From Chloroflexota bacterium (lineage in GTDB: Bacteria > Chloroflexota > Anaerolineae > UBA1429): a stretch of 64,000 nt of DNA. The stretch spans positions 13,252 to 77,251 of the forward strand of contig JAIOAW010000006.1 of assembly GCA_019873625.1 (NCBI GenBank), read 5' to 3'. Every line of letters starts with the position of its first letter. Position 1 is the stretch's first letter. The position numbers and the translations under genes are program-made. The notes beneath the pieces were generated by a model that worked only from the letters and a program-made list of their open reading frames with translations, ran no database searches and was not told the origin of the DNA. Of this stretch, positions 41,414 to 51,126 are shown in pieces.

Positions 41414-42325
41414 ATGGACGAACTGGTCAGAATATGGGAATGGCCCGTGCACCCGGAAAACTATATGATCGCGGGCTGGCAACAATGGGCCGACGCGGGC
41501 GAGGTATCCTCCGGCCTGCCGCGATACCTCATCGAACACCTGGGTGCGCGCCGCATCGGCGAGATCAAGCCCGACGGGTTTTATCTATTTCAAATTCCGG
41601 GGGCGCACCACTTGATGCGGCCCCACGTGCGCCTGAAAGATGGCTATTGCCAGGCTATGTCTTCACACCGCAACGACCTGTATTACGTGCCCATCAAAGG
41701 CAAGGGGCTGTTCATCTTTATTGGCGAGGAGCCGAACCAAAACGAAGAACGCTATGCAGGGGCGCTGCTCGATCTCGTTCAAGCGCTGAACATCAAGCGC
41801 GTGGTCGCCGTAGGGGGCGTGTATGGGGCTATGCCCTTCGAGAAAGATCGCGAGATTTCGTGCGTGTACAGCCTACCCCGGCTGCGTGCGGAGTTGAACA
41901 ATTACGCGGTGCGCTTTTCCGATTACGAAGGGGGCACGACCATCACCACCTATCTCGCCTACCACGCCGAAAGGCGGCAAATCGAGTTCATCGCAATGTA
42001 TGCCTTCGCGCCGGCCTACGAGTTCACGCAACTTGGCCTGACGGTGCAGGCGATGCGCGTGGAAGAGGATTGGAAGGCCTGGCTCGACCTGATGCGGCGC
42101 ATTGACTATATGTTCAAGTTGGACCTGGATTTGAGCGATCTCGAGGAGCGCAGCCGCGACCTGACCGAGGCTTGGCAACGCAAGGTGGATGAATTAGAAC
42201 AGCGCCACCCCGAACTGCACATCAAGAGTTACCTGGAGAGAATCTCCAAAGATTTCGAAGAGCGCCCCTTTATCCCCCTCGATAAGGCCTGGGACGAACT
42301 CAGCGACCTCTTGGATAAGGTGTGA
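41414..42325 (+). CDS. PAC2 (proteasome assembly chaperone 2)-family protein
   Basis: ~300 aa; …MIAGWQQWADAGEVSSGLPRYLIEHLGA…VVAVGGVYGA…; GAGGAGG upstream of ATG 41414. Confidence 0.7.
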   Translation: MDELVRIWEWPVHPENYMIAGWQQWADAGEVSSGLPRYLIEHLGARRIGEIKPDGFYLFQIPGAHHLMRPHVRLKDGYCQAMSSHRNDLYYVPIKGKGLFIFIGEEPNQNEERYAGALLDLVQALNIKRVVAVGGVYGAMPFEKDREISCVYSLPRLRAELNNYAVRFSDYEGGTTITTYLAYHAERRQIEFIAMYAFAPAYEFTQLGLTVQAMRVEEDWKAWLDLMRRIDYMFKLDLDLSDLEERSRDLTEAWQRKVDELEQRHPELHIKSYLERISKDFEERPFIPLDKAWDELSDLLDKV

Positions 42326-42353
42326 CCGATTGGGGCCTGGCCGGCGGGGCGCC

Positions 42354-44078
42354 TCACCGGGCGGGGCCGCGCAGGCGCCGCCACGTGCGGTAGAGGAGCC
42401 AGCCCGTGCCGGCCAAGCCGATCGCGTTCCCAATGAGGGCGGGGATCGGGAACGAGGCACGTCCTTGGGCGAGCACCTCAAAGGCATCTACCAGACAGGC
42501 CGTTCCGGTGGAGGCCGGATTGTGGTCGTTGGCTACGGTGAGGCGAAGGATATGTTCCCCTGGGCTGACGCCCTGCACAAGCGGGATGGACGCGCGCCGC
42601 TCGATCATCGGGCGGTAGAGGTCTACATAACTCAGGCCCTGTTCATCGGTGGGCAGGCCCGGCACGGTGTGGCCATCCAAAGAGACGTTCAACCGCCCCC
42701 CGCCGGGCCAGCGTTGGGCGATGAGGTTGACCCCTGCCCCATTGAAGGTGAAGGTGAGGCTTTCGCCCGGCGTTTCGGAGAGATAGTAGGCCCCGCCTAG
42801 GGCGCCCTCATCGCGGACGGGTCGCCAGCGGCCGTACGGCTTGACGGCGGGGTTCGTCTCTTGATACAGCCCCGGGCCGGCCATATCCTGCCGGGCGGCC
42901 ACGTCTTGCACGGCAAAGTAGAGTTGGCGCGGCGTGAAATCCTCATCCACCATGCGAAAATAGTATTCGGCGCTATCGGGCGGGATGTTGCCCACCTGCC
43001 GAAAGTACCAAATCATAAACACACCGGCCCAGGGCCATGCGCGGCGCGCGTATTCGATGCCTTGAATCGTATACTCGGCCTGCTCCTTTTCGCTGACGCG
43101 CTTCCAGATGAGGCGGTCGGCGGGCATATCCTCCGGCGCGGCGTTCCAGCCATACTCGTTGAACCAGACGGCCTTGTTGGCATCTCCATAGCGCTCCATA
43201 ATCTGCCGCTGCAGGAGCACCCGCTGAAAGTTGAGCACGTTCGGGTCGGGCGGGTCTTGCGGGGGGCGATCCATCCCAAAGGCGTTGGCCGAAAGGATGT
43301 CAAAATACTCGCGTGCGCCGGCCTGGTACATCCTCTCCAGAAAGGTCAAGTCGCTCATCGCGATCCATTGCCCGGGTTCTGGGTGGGGCTGGCCGAGGGT
43401 AATGGCCAAGGGCGCGCTGAGCACGTACACGTTGGGGTCCGCCTCTTTGGCGCGGCGATAGGCGATCTTCAAGAGTTCGACGTACGCCTCGGGGTTGACG
43501 GGCTGGTTCCCCCACTCAGGGAAGATGTTCGGCTCGTTCCAGATTTGGATGTAGTGGATGCGCCCCTTATACCGGCTGACGAAGGTGTAGACGAAATCGC
43601 CGTAATCCTCAAAATTGTCGGGGGGGCGCTGTTTGTAGGTGTTATCCTGGCGGGTCCAATCGGGGGGGCGATCCAGCCGAGCGACGATCTCCAAGCCGTA
43701 GCGCTCGCAGGCCTCGACGATACGGTCATACTTGGCCCAGGTATCAGCCTTGGTGACGGGGTCAAGGTATTCCCCTTTGCGCAGGGGTTCGATCTCTTCC
43801 CAAGAGAACTGCTGTTTCACCCAGCGGATGCCCGCACTCGCGGCCATTTGCAGGGTGCGCTCGAGTTTCCAGGGTTCTACCTCGCGCGCCAGGAAAAAGT
43901 TAGCGCCAAAGGGGTCCACATCGGTATTGGGGATGGTGCGGGCGGGCGTGGGCGCAGGGCTGGGGCCTCGCCCCACCCCACGGTAAAGGAGGTAGCCAAA
44001 GGTGCCCAGGAGCGCGAGAAAGACTCCCGCCAAAGCGATGAACCGTGCCCACCAAACCTTGCGCCGGTTTGCGAACAT
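42354..44078 (-). CDS. Clan GH-A (GH5-like) glycoside hydrolase with N-terminal signal anchor and C-terminal TM helix
   Basis: TIM-barrel hallmark IQIWNEPN (NEP acid/base); N-terminal hydrophobic segment; C-terminal putative CBM-like domain and TM helix. Confidence 0.65.
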   Translation of the reverse strand: MFANRRKVWWARFIALAGVFLALLGTFGYLLYRGVGRGPSPAPTPARTIPNTDVDPFGANFFLAREVEPWKLERTLQMAASAGIRWVKQQFSWEEIEPLRKGEYLDPVTKADTWAKYDRIVEACERYGLEIVARLDRPPDWTRQDNTYKQRPPDNFEDYGDFVYTFVSRYKGRIHYIQIWNEPNIFPEWGNQPVNPEAYVELLKIAYRRAKEADPNVYVLSAPLAITLGQPHPEPGQWIAMSDLTFLERMYQAGAREYFDILSANAFGMDRPPQDPPDPNVLNFQRVLLQRQIMERYGDANKAVWFNEYGWNAAPEDMPADRLIWKRVSEKEQAEYTIQGIEYARRAWPWAGVFMIWYFRQVGNIPPDSAEYYFRMVDEDFTPRQLYFAVQDVAARQDMAGPGLYQETNPAVKPYGRWRPVRDEGALGGAYYLSETPGESLTFTFNGAGVNLIAQRWPGGGRLNVSLDGHTVPGLPTDEQGLSYVDLYRPMIERRASIPLVQGVSPGEHILRLTVANDHNPASTGTACLVDAFEVLAQGRASFPIPALIGNAIGLAGTGWLLYRTWRRLRGPAR

Positions 44079-44130
44079 CCAGCCCCCTCAAGGCGCAACG
44101 TGCGCAGATTATAGGCGGCCGGCGGGGTTC

Positions 44131-44158
44131 TTGTCAATCCGTTATGGGGCGGTATAAT
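44131..44158 (+). promoter_or_regulatory. Sigma70-like promoter (-35 TTGTCA, 16 nt, -10 TATAAT) for the DHH-CBS-CCA gene
   Basis: ttgtcaatccgttatggggcggtataat, ~40 nt upstream of ATG 44198. Confidence 0.5.
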
Positions 44159-44197
44159 CGGCTCAAGGGAACGCTCCGGCCAAAGATAGGTGCCAGG

Positions 44198-46855
44198 ATG
44201 AAGATCATCACCAGCCACGAGCGGGCCGATATGGATGCGTTGGCCTCCATTTATGCGGCCTCGCTCCTTTACCCAGATTTCATTGCGCTCCTCCCGCAAA
44301 AGATCAACCGTAACCTGCGGGATTTCGTGGCGCTGTATCGAGAGGCCCTGCCCTTTGTGGAGCGCCGCCACCTACCGCACCGGCGCATCAGCGAGGTCAT
44401 CTTGGTGGATACGCAGACCATCGCCCCCCTGCGAGGGATGGACGCCCACACGAGGATCCATATCATTGATCATCACCCTCTTGAGGTGCCCCTGGGCGAA
44501 AACATCACCTTCGAGGGAGACGCCGTGGGCGCCACCACTACCCTGCTCACCGAAAAGATCCGCGCCCAAGGGATCGCGCTGAATTCCGTGGGGGCCAGCC
44601 TCCTCTTGATGGGCATTTATGAAGATACGGGGTCCCTTTCGTACCTGACGACCACCGCGCGAGATGCCCAGGCGGCGGCGTGGCTCTTGGAAAAGGGCGC
44701 CGACCTGCGTTTGGTGGGCGAATATCTGCACCACCCCCTTTCCAGTGAGCAGCGCCAGGTTTTGACGCAACTCCTCAACCAAAGCACCCTGCACACCATC
44801 CGCGGGCGGAACATCTGCCTCTCGGCCGTGGTGCTTGACCAGTATGTGGACGAACTCTCCTCGCTCATCCACCAAATTATGGATATCTATGAGCCGGAGG
44901 CGTGTTTTATGCTGGCCCAACATGGGGAGAGCGTGCAGATCATCGCCCGCAGCGAGACGGACGCCATTGATGTGGCCGCGATCTTGCGGGAGTTCGGCGG
45001 CGGGGGGCACAGCAAGGCCGCCGCCGCGCATTGCGAAGGGGCCTCCATCGAGACCCTGAGCGCCGACCTCTTGCGCGCGCTAGAAAGGCACGTGGTGCCG
45101 CCGGTGCTCGTGCGCGAGATTATGTCCACCAACGTCCACACCCTGCCGGTGGATATGTCTATCCGCGAGGCGGCGCAACTGATGCGCCGCTACGGGCATG
45201 AGGGCTTCCCGGTGGTGGAGGGCGACCGCCTGGTGGGCGTCCTCACGCGGAGCGATGTGGACCGCGCCTTGCACCACCGTCGCGGTGAGACGCCCATCCG
45301 CAGCATCCTTTACACGGGGCCGGTATACGTCAGCCCGACGGCTCCGGTGGATGAGGTCCAGCGGGTGATGCTGGAATCTGGCCTGGGCCAGGTGCCCGTG
45401 GTGGAGGATGGGCGCTTTGTGGGGTTGGTAACGCGCACCGACCTCATCAAACTGTGGTCGGCGCCGCTTTACCCTTCTCGCCGGCCGGAAATTCGCCGGA
45501 TGATGGAGGAAGTCCTCCCGCCGGCCCTGCGGGACCTGCTTCTCACCGCGCGCGATGTAGCCAATGATATGGGTTATTCGCTCTATATCGTCGGTGGGTT
45601 CGTGCGAGACTTGCTCCTTGGCTCGCCGACGCTTGACCTGGACCTGGTAGTGGAGGGCGACGCCATCCGTATGGCGGAGGAACTGGGCCGCCGCTTGGGG
45701 GCGCGGGTGCGCAGCCATGCCCGCTTCGGCACGGCCAAGGTCATCCTCGATGGCGACCGCGCCACGGGCGTGCCCCCCTCGCTCGATTTTGTTACGGCGC
45801 GTACCGAGTTCTACGAGCGGCCCAGCGTCCTCCCGCAGGTGGAACGCAGTTCCATCAAGCAAGACCTCTACCGGCGCGATTTCACCATCAACACGTTGGC
45901 CATCTGCCTGGATCGTGGCCGCTATGGCGAATTGCTCGATTATTACGGCGGAGAACGGGATATTCGCGAGAAGCGCATCCAGGTTCTGCACAACCTGAGT
46001 TTCGTCGAGGACCCCACGCGCATCTTGCGGGCGGTGCGCTTCGAACAGCGCCTGGGCTTTACCATCGAGGCGCGCACCGAGGAACTAATCGGCGAGGCGC
46101 TGGACTTGCTCGACGATGTGAGCGGCGAACGGCTGCGGCACGAGTTGTACCTCATCCTCGCCGAGGATGAGCCAGAGAAGGCCCTCGATCGCCTATACCG
46201 CCTTGGGGTGCTCCAGCATCTTCACCCGGCCTTGCGCTTTGGCCGGGAGGTGGCGCAACTCTTTGTGCGGCTGCGCGAGCGCTTTTCGGCTTGGCCCCAA
46301 CCCGAGGGGCCTGGTGTGGATGCGGCAGACCTCGCCGAACGCCAGGCCGCCGCGATGAGGCTCTGCTATCTGGCGATCCTCACCAGCACCCTTACCCCCA
46401 AAGAGTTGGAGGAACTCGCCAACCGCCTGCGCTTTTCGGGGCGAGACAGCCGCTTCCTCCAAGAGGTGCGACGCCTGCGCGAGATGCTCAGCCAACTGCA
46501 ATCTACGGTGATGCTCCGAAGCACCATCTACCGCCTGCTCAGTCAATTCTCGCGCGAGGCGCGGTTCGTCATCACCGTGTTGACGGATTCTGAACTCGTC
46601 CGCGAGCGGCTCGACCTCTATGAGCGCACCCTTTCCACCGTCTCACCGCGCATTGACGGGCACTATCTCAGGGCGCTGGGCGTGCCGCCGGGGCCGATTT
46701 ACGGGGAAATCCTCGAACGCGTGCGCGATGCCGTGCTAGATGGCCAAGTGCAGACGCTTGAGGAAGAACAGGCCCTCGTGCGCCGCCTGGTGGGCGCGGC
46801 GCACAACGGCCGTTCCATCGGAGATAAAGTCAACGGGGCTAAAACACCCGCGTGA
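44198..46855 (+). CDS. tRNA nucleotidyltransferase (CCA-adding/poly(A) polymerase family) fused to N-terminal DHH-DHHA1 and tandem CBS domains
   Basis: N-terminal MKIITSHERADMDALAS (DHH), …GGGHSKAAA (DHHA1 GGGH), two CBS domains, then LYIVGGFVRDLLLG…DLDLVVEG…RRDFTINTLA (class II NTase head). Confidence 0.8.
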   Translation: MKIITSHERADMDALASIYAASLLYPDFIALLPQKINRNLRDFVALYREALPFVERRHLPHRRISEVILVDTQTIAPLRGMDAHTRIHIIDHHPLEVPLGENITFEGDAVGATTTLLTEKIRAQGIALNSVGASLLLMGIYEDTGSLSYLTTTARDAQAAAWLLEKGADLRLVGEYLHHPLSSEQRQVLTQLLNQSTLHTIRGRNICLSAVVLDQYVDELSSLIHQIMDIYEPEACFMLAQHGESVQIIARSETDAIDVAAILREFGGGGHSKAAAAHCEGASIETLSADLLRALERHVVPPVLVREIMSTNVHTLPVDMSIREAAQLMRRYGHEGFPVVEGDRLVGVLTRSDVDRALHHRRGETPIRSILYTGPVYVSPTAPVDEVQRVMLESGLGQVPVVEDGRFVGLVTRTDLIKLWSAPLYPSRRPEIRRMMEEVLPPALRDLLLTARDVANDMGYSLYIVGGFVRDLLLGSPTLDLDLVVEGDAIRMAEELGRRLGARVRSHARFGTAKVILDGDRATGVPPSLDFVTARTEFYERPSVLPQVERSSIKQDLYRRDFTINTLAICLDRGRYGELLDYYGGERDIREKRIQVLHNLSFVEDPTRILRAVRFEQRLGFTIEARTEELIGEALDLLDDVSGERLRHELYLILAEDEPEKALDRLYRLGVLQHLHPALRFGREVAQLFVRLRERFSAWPQPEGPGVDAADLAERQAAAMRLCYLAILTSTLTPKELEELANRLRFSGRDSRFLQEVRRLREMLSQLQSTVMLRSTIYRLLSQFSREARFVITVLTDSELVRERLDLYERTLSTVSPRIDGHYLRALGVPPGPIYGEILERVRDAVLDGQVQTLEEEQALVRRLVGAAHNGRSIGDKVNGAKTPA

Positions 46856-47858
46856 TCTCGTCCACATCGAAGCGGGGCAGGGCCTGCTCTTTAGCCCCGC
46901 GCACCATCACGCGCTGGTTGGGGTCCGGCAAGAGTTCGCCGATCTCGACGCAGGGGATGTTCTCTTGCCGATAGCGCGCGATGAGGTCGGCAGCCCGCTC
47001 GGCCTCCACGGCGATGAGCAGCGCGCCCGAGGCGATGACGCCGAGGGGGTCGAGGCCGAATTCGGCGCATAGGCGTGCGCCCTCTTCCAAGATGGGCACG
47101 ACGTCGGCGTTCAGGCGAACCCCCACGTTCGCGGCGGAGGCCATCTCGTGCAGGCCCGTGGCCAAGCCGCCTTCCGTTGGGTCATGCATCGCGTGCACGC
47201 CCGGCATATCGGCGGCCAACCGCGCCGCTTGCACCACGCTGATGCCGGGGTCATAGAGATACCCCTGCGCCTTGCGGAGAAAGGCCTCCGTATAGCCCCG
47301 GCGGCGCAAGGCCTCGGCCTTTTCGCGCGCGATGAGGGCCGTGCCCTCGATGGGGATGCCCTTGACGAGGAGGATGCGGTCTCCGACGCGGGCGCCCGCC
47401 GTGGTGAGCAGCCTTTCGCGGGGCACCTCGCCGATCATCACCCCCACCACGATGGGCCGATCCAGCCCCCAAGTAACCTCCGTATGCCCTCCCACGAGGA
47501 GGATGCCCAGTTCGTCGCAAGCCTCGCGCAGTTGGCGAAAAATGGTGTGCACCACATCGAGGTTCGTCTTGCCCTCTGGCAAAAGGACGGTGTTCAGCAT
47601 CCACAGGGGGCGGGCGCCGCTCGTGGCGATATCGTTCGCGTTGACGTGCACGGCATACCAGCCGATTTGGTCGCTGGCAAAGGTGATGGGGTCCGTTTTG
47701 ACGACGATGTAGCGGTCGCCCATATCAATCACGGCCACATCTTCGCCCACAGCCGGCCCGGCGATAAGGCGCGGATCGGCCCTGCGGCAGTGCTCCAAAA
47801 GGCTTTGGAGGACCTCCATCGGCAGTTTGCCCACGGGGAAGATGCCATCCTCAGGCAT
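46839..47858 (-). CDS. AIR-synthase-related (PurM superfamily; HypE/ThiL-like) protein
   Basis: …GEDVAVIDMGDRYIVVKTDPITFASD…ANDIATSGARP…; lacks the C-terminal Cys of true HypE; GGAGGTG upstream of ATG 47858. Confidence 0.6.
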   Translation of the reverse strand: MPEDGIFPVGKLPMEVLQSLLEHCRRADPRLIAGPAVGEDVAVIDMGDRYIVVKTDPITFASDQIGWYAVHVNANDIATSGARPLWMLNTVLLPEGKTNLDVVHTIFRQLREACDELGILLVGGHTEVTWGLDRPIVVGVMIGEVPRERLLTTAGARVGDRILLVKGIPIEGTALIAREKAEALRRRGYTEAFLRKAQGYLYDPGISVVQAARLAADMPGVHAMHDPTEGGLATGLHEMASAANVGVRLNADVVPILEEGARLCAEFGLDPLGVIASGALLIAVEAERAADLIARYRQENIPCVEIGELLPDPNQRVMVRGAKEQALPRFDVDEITRVF

Positions 47859-47885
47859 AGGCGGTTCCACCTCCCGCAAGGGTTA

Positions 47886-47923
47886 GGATAATCGGATTAT
47901 CCTTTGCGGGGCGCGTTTGTCAA
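47886..47923 (-). promoter_or_regulatory. Sigma70-like promoter (-35 TTGACA, 17 nt, -10 ATAATC) with perfect 17-bp palindrome GGATAATC-G-GATTATCC overlapping the -10
   Basis: Minus-strand read: TTGACAaacgcgccccgcaaaggATAATCCGATTATCCtaaccc…GGAGGTGgaaccgcctATG. Confidence 0.45.
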
Positions 47924-47964
47924 AAGGCGCGGCGTGGGGAACCCTCATGCCGCGCCTAGACGCC

Positions 47965-49287
47965 TTACACCTTTTCGGCCTTGGCCTTTTTGGGCGGCAA
48001 GAACTCGAAAATGGCGTTCAAGAGGATGCCCACGACGGCCGAGGTGGCGATGGCCGGCAGCCCCGAAGGGAAGGCCGCCTTGAGGAAGGGGATGTTGATG
48101 GGCAGGTTGCCCCCTTCAAAGGCCGAGCCGCCGATGCCGATGACCAAGATCACCGCGCCCACAGCGAGTTGGCGCGGGTCAAACAGGTTGACCTTTTCGG
48201 ATTGGATGAGCGCCACGCCTTGCAGGCCGATGACGCCAAAGAGAAAGATGGCTAGCCCCCCGGTAACGGGGACGGGGAGCGTCTCGACGATGGCGGCCAA
48301 CTTGCCGATGAAGCCGAGCAGGATGGCAATGACGCCCGCTGCGATGAGCACGGGGCAGGAATAGTTCCGCGTGATGGCCATCAGCGAGTTATTTTCGCCA
48401 TAGTTCGTGCCGGCGCACCCGCCTAAAAAGCCGTTGATAGCGTCTCCGATGCCATCCAAGATGAGGTTGAGGCCGATGAGGTTTTTGATCTGCAAGGGCT
48501 TGCGCTTCATCTCTTCGGCGAGTTCATCCACATAAAGGCTGATCTGATAGAGGTGCGCGGTGGATTCCGGAATGGTGGCGATGGCGATGGGCGCGATGGC
48601 GACGATGGCCCCCCACTTGAAAACGGGCAAACTGAAGGCGGGGACGCGCAGCCATTTGGCCTCCATCACCGGGGTAAAGTCCACCAGGCCCAAGGCCCAC
48701 GAGAGGAGATACCCAGCGAGCGCCCCCAAAAGGACAGGGATCATCGAGACGAACCCCCTCCCCCGCAAATACACGGAAAAGAGCACCGTGGCCAGGAGCG
48801 TAAAGAAGGCGATGCCCCAGTGGGCGCTGGCCATATCGAGCGCGGCCTTGGCGAGGGAAATGCCGATGACGATGGCCACCGAGCCGGTGACGATGGGCGG
48901 GAGCACGCGATCGAGCGAGTTCTTGCCCGTCCAGCGGATGAGCAAGCCCGCTAGAATGGAGACGAGCGCCGTAGCCACGATGCCCCCTTGGGCCACGCGC
49001 ACACCGCCCCACTCGGCCCCGACCACAGCGGCCACGGCGGCGATGTAACTGAAACTCGAGCCGTAATAGAGGGGGATGCGCATCCCCGAGCCGAGCAAGG
49101 CCACGATGGTGGCTAGGCCGCTGGCAAAAAGGGTCACCCCCACGTCGAACCCCGTGAGGATGGCCACCAAGACGGTCGCCGGGAACATCGTGAGGACGTG
49201 CTGAAAGCCCAGGGCGACGAGCGCTGGCAGGGGCGGGCGATCCTGCGGCAGGTAACCGATTGGCTGCGTATTCGTTTGGGCAGACAC
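47965..49287 (-). CDS. NCS2-family nucleobase permease (uracil/xanthine permease-like)
   Basis: …FQHVLTMFPATVLV… and multiple TM segments characteristic of NCS2; start set at GTG 49287, preceded by AAGGAGG. Confidence 0.8.
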   Translation of the reverse strand: MSAQTNTQPIGYLPQDRPPLPALVALGFQHVLTMFPATVLVAILTGFDVGVTLFASGLATIVALLGSGMRIPLYYGSSFSYIAAVAAVVGAEWGGVRVAQGGIVATALVSILAGLLIRWTGKNSLDRVLPPIVTGSVAIVIGISLAKAALDMASAHWGIAFFTLLATVLFSVYLRGRGFVSMIPVLLGALAGYLLSWALGLVDFTPVMEAKWLRVPAFSLPVFKWGAIVAIAPIAIATIPESTAHLYQISLYVDELAEEMKRKPLQIKNLIGLNLILDGIGDAINGFLGGCAGTNYGENNSLMAITRNYSCPVLIAAGVIAILLGFIGKLAAIVETLPVPVTGGLAIFLFGVIGLQGVALIQSEKVNLFDPRQLAVGAVILVIGIGGSAFEGGNLPINIPFLKAAFPSGLPAIATSAVVGILLNAIFEFLPPKKAKAEKV

Positions 49288-49380
49288 AGGGCCTCCTTTG
49301 GAAAGAATGTATTTGGAACCCCACATCTCTTCGCCCTAAAGGGCGGTGGCTCCCGAAGGGCAGGCGCGCTTGCGCGGCAC

Positions 49381-49408
49381 AAAAAAAGAGGGACTCTCAG
49401 AGTCCCTC
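49381..49408 (-). terminator. Canonical rho-independent terminator (minus strand)
   Basis: GAGGGACTC-TCA-GAGTCCCTC 9-bp stem followed on the minus strand by a run of 7 T. Confidence 0.7.
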
Positions 49409-49547
49409 AAAAGCCCCCAAGCCCCTTAGCGGGGCGCGATCGAGCGGCCAGGGTCGGGGTTGAAAGGGCATTCGCTTTACCCAAAATTCCGGATGTTGCC
49501 AGGCTGGCGCGGCATTTTATGCAAAGGCGCCCAAATCGCCAAAAAGG

Positions 49548-49934
49548 CTAATTCCCGCCTTTGGCTTGCTGGTAGGCCGTGCGGATATTCCACAGGTAGC
49601 CGGCCATCGTCTGGGCGGTCCACTCGTCGCCCCGCAGTTTGAGGTAGCCGTACATATAGGCAGATTCGCCATCCAGTTTGCCGCTAAAGAGTTTGTCGAG
49701 CGTATCGCCGCTCAGCGTGATGGCGATGGTGGCCTTATCGGCCCCGCCCTCGGCGCCTCTGAGGGAGCCTTTTTCAAAATAGAGCGTGTATTCGGCGCCC
49801 AACTCGGGCACGATGATGCCCATCGAAGCGTTGGCACTGGCGATGCGCTTCTTGAAGGCCTCATCCGCCTCCAGCGTGGCCACCATCTTCCCCAATACCT
49901 CGTACAACTGCTCCTTGGATTCGAACGCGGCCAT
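49548..49934 (-). CDS. SCP2 sterol-binding-domain-like small protein
   Basis: ~128 aa, …GIIVPELGAEYTLYFEKG…ATIAITLSGDTLDKLFSGKLDGESAYMYGYLKLRGD… resembles an SCP-2 fold; GAGGAGG upstream of ATG 49934. Confidence 0.5.
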   Translation of the reverse strand: MAAFESKEQLYEVLGKMVATLEADEAFKKRIASANASMGIIVPELGAEYTLYFEKGSLRGAEGGADKATIAITLSGDTLDKLFSGKLDGESAYMYGYLKLRGDEWTAQTMAGYLWNIRTAYQQAKGGN

Positions 49935-50139
49935 CGTAACCTCCTCGTTCAAGATGGTGCTCGACCTGATCGCCGATACAATACTATAAGGCCTTGATGT
50001 TTGTCAAGCGTAAATCTCGGGGGTCTCGCGCGCCCCCGAGCCGCCACGTGGCAAAACCCTATGAGGCGCCAAGGGCTTTTGGCCCGGCGCCGTTTGGCCT
50101 ATAATGGGTTGCCACTCCGGCCTTTGCCGAAGGAGAAGG

Positions 50140-51126
50140 ATGCCCCAAATCGAGGTCGAAAACCTGGTCAAGACCTTCCGCGTGGCCGAGCGCCAGGCGG
50201 GCACGTGGGGCGCGCTGAAAGGCCTCCTTCAGCGGCGCAGCCGCACCGTGCGCGCCCTAGACGGCATTTCCTTCACGATGGAGGTGGGCGAACTCGTCGG
50301 CTACATCGGCCCCAATGGGGCGGGCAAATCCACCACGGTCAAGATCCTCTCGGGCATCCTCATCCCAGATAGCGGCCGTTGCGTGGTGATGGGGCGCATC
50401 CCCTGGAAGGCGCGCACCGCCCATGTGGCCGAAATCGGCGTGGTGTTTGGCCAGCGCACCCAACTCTGGTGGGACCTGCCGGTCATCGAATCCTTCGATC
50501 TCCTGCGGGAGATTTACCGCATCCCCCCGCGCGAATACCTGAGGACGCGCGATGAACTCGTGGCGATGATGCGCCTCGAACCGCTTTTGGATACGCCCGT
50601 GCGCCAACTCAGCCTGGGCCAACGGATGCGCTGCGACCTGGCCGCCGCCTTTTTGCACCGCCCCAAACTCCTCTTTTTGGATGAGCCGACCATCGGGCTG
50701 GACGCGGCCTCGAAACTCGCCGTGCGCGATTACATCAAGCGCCTCAACCGCCAAGGGGTGAGCGTCATCCTCACCACGCACGATATGGACGACATCGAGG
50801 CCCTTTGCCGGCGCATCCTGCTTATCAACCGGGGGCGCATCCTGTTTGATGGGGCGCTCGAGGCCCTCCGCGCCCAAGTAAGCCGAGATCGGCAATTGGT
50901 CATCGTCCTCGCCCACGAAGAGACCTGGGTGGAGGACCCCGATGCCCAGGTGATCCGCCGCAACGGCCACCACCTCACCCTGCGGTTTGATCCGGAGCGC
51001 ATCTCGGCGGCGGATCTCATCGCCCGCATCACGGCGCGCTATGAGATCCGCGACCTCTATGTGGAAAACCCGCCCATCGAGGAGATCGTCGCTCAGATTT
51101 ATTATGAGGAGGGAACCGCCCTATGA
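50140..51126 (+). CDS. ABC transporter ATP-binding protein (ABC-2 exporter type)
   Basis: GPNGAGKSTTV (Walker A), LSLGQRMRCDLA (signature), LLFLDEPTIGLD (Walker B). Confidence 0.85.
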   Translation: MPQIEVENLVKTFRVAERQAGTWGALKGLLQRRSRTVRALDGISFTMEVGELVGYIGPNGAGKSTTVKILSGILIPDSGRCVVMGRIPWKARTAHVAEIGVVFGQRTQLWWDLPVIESFDLLREIYRIPPREYLRTRDELVAMMRLEPLLDTPVRQLSLGQRMRCDLAAAFLHRPKLLFLDEPTIGLDAASKLAVRDYIKRLNRQGVSVILTTHDMDDIEALCRRILLINRGRILFDGALEALRAQVSRDRQLVIVLAHEETWVEDPDAQVIRRNGHHLTLRFDPERISAADLIARITARYEIRDLYVENPPIEEIVAQIYYEEGTAL

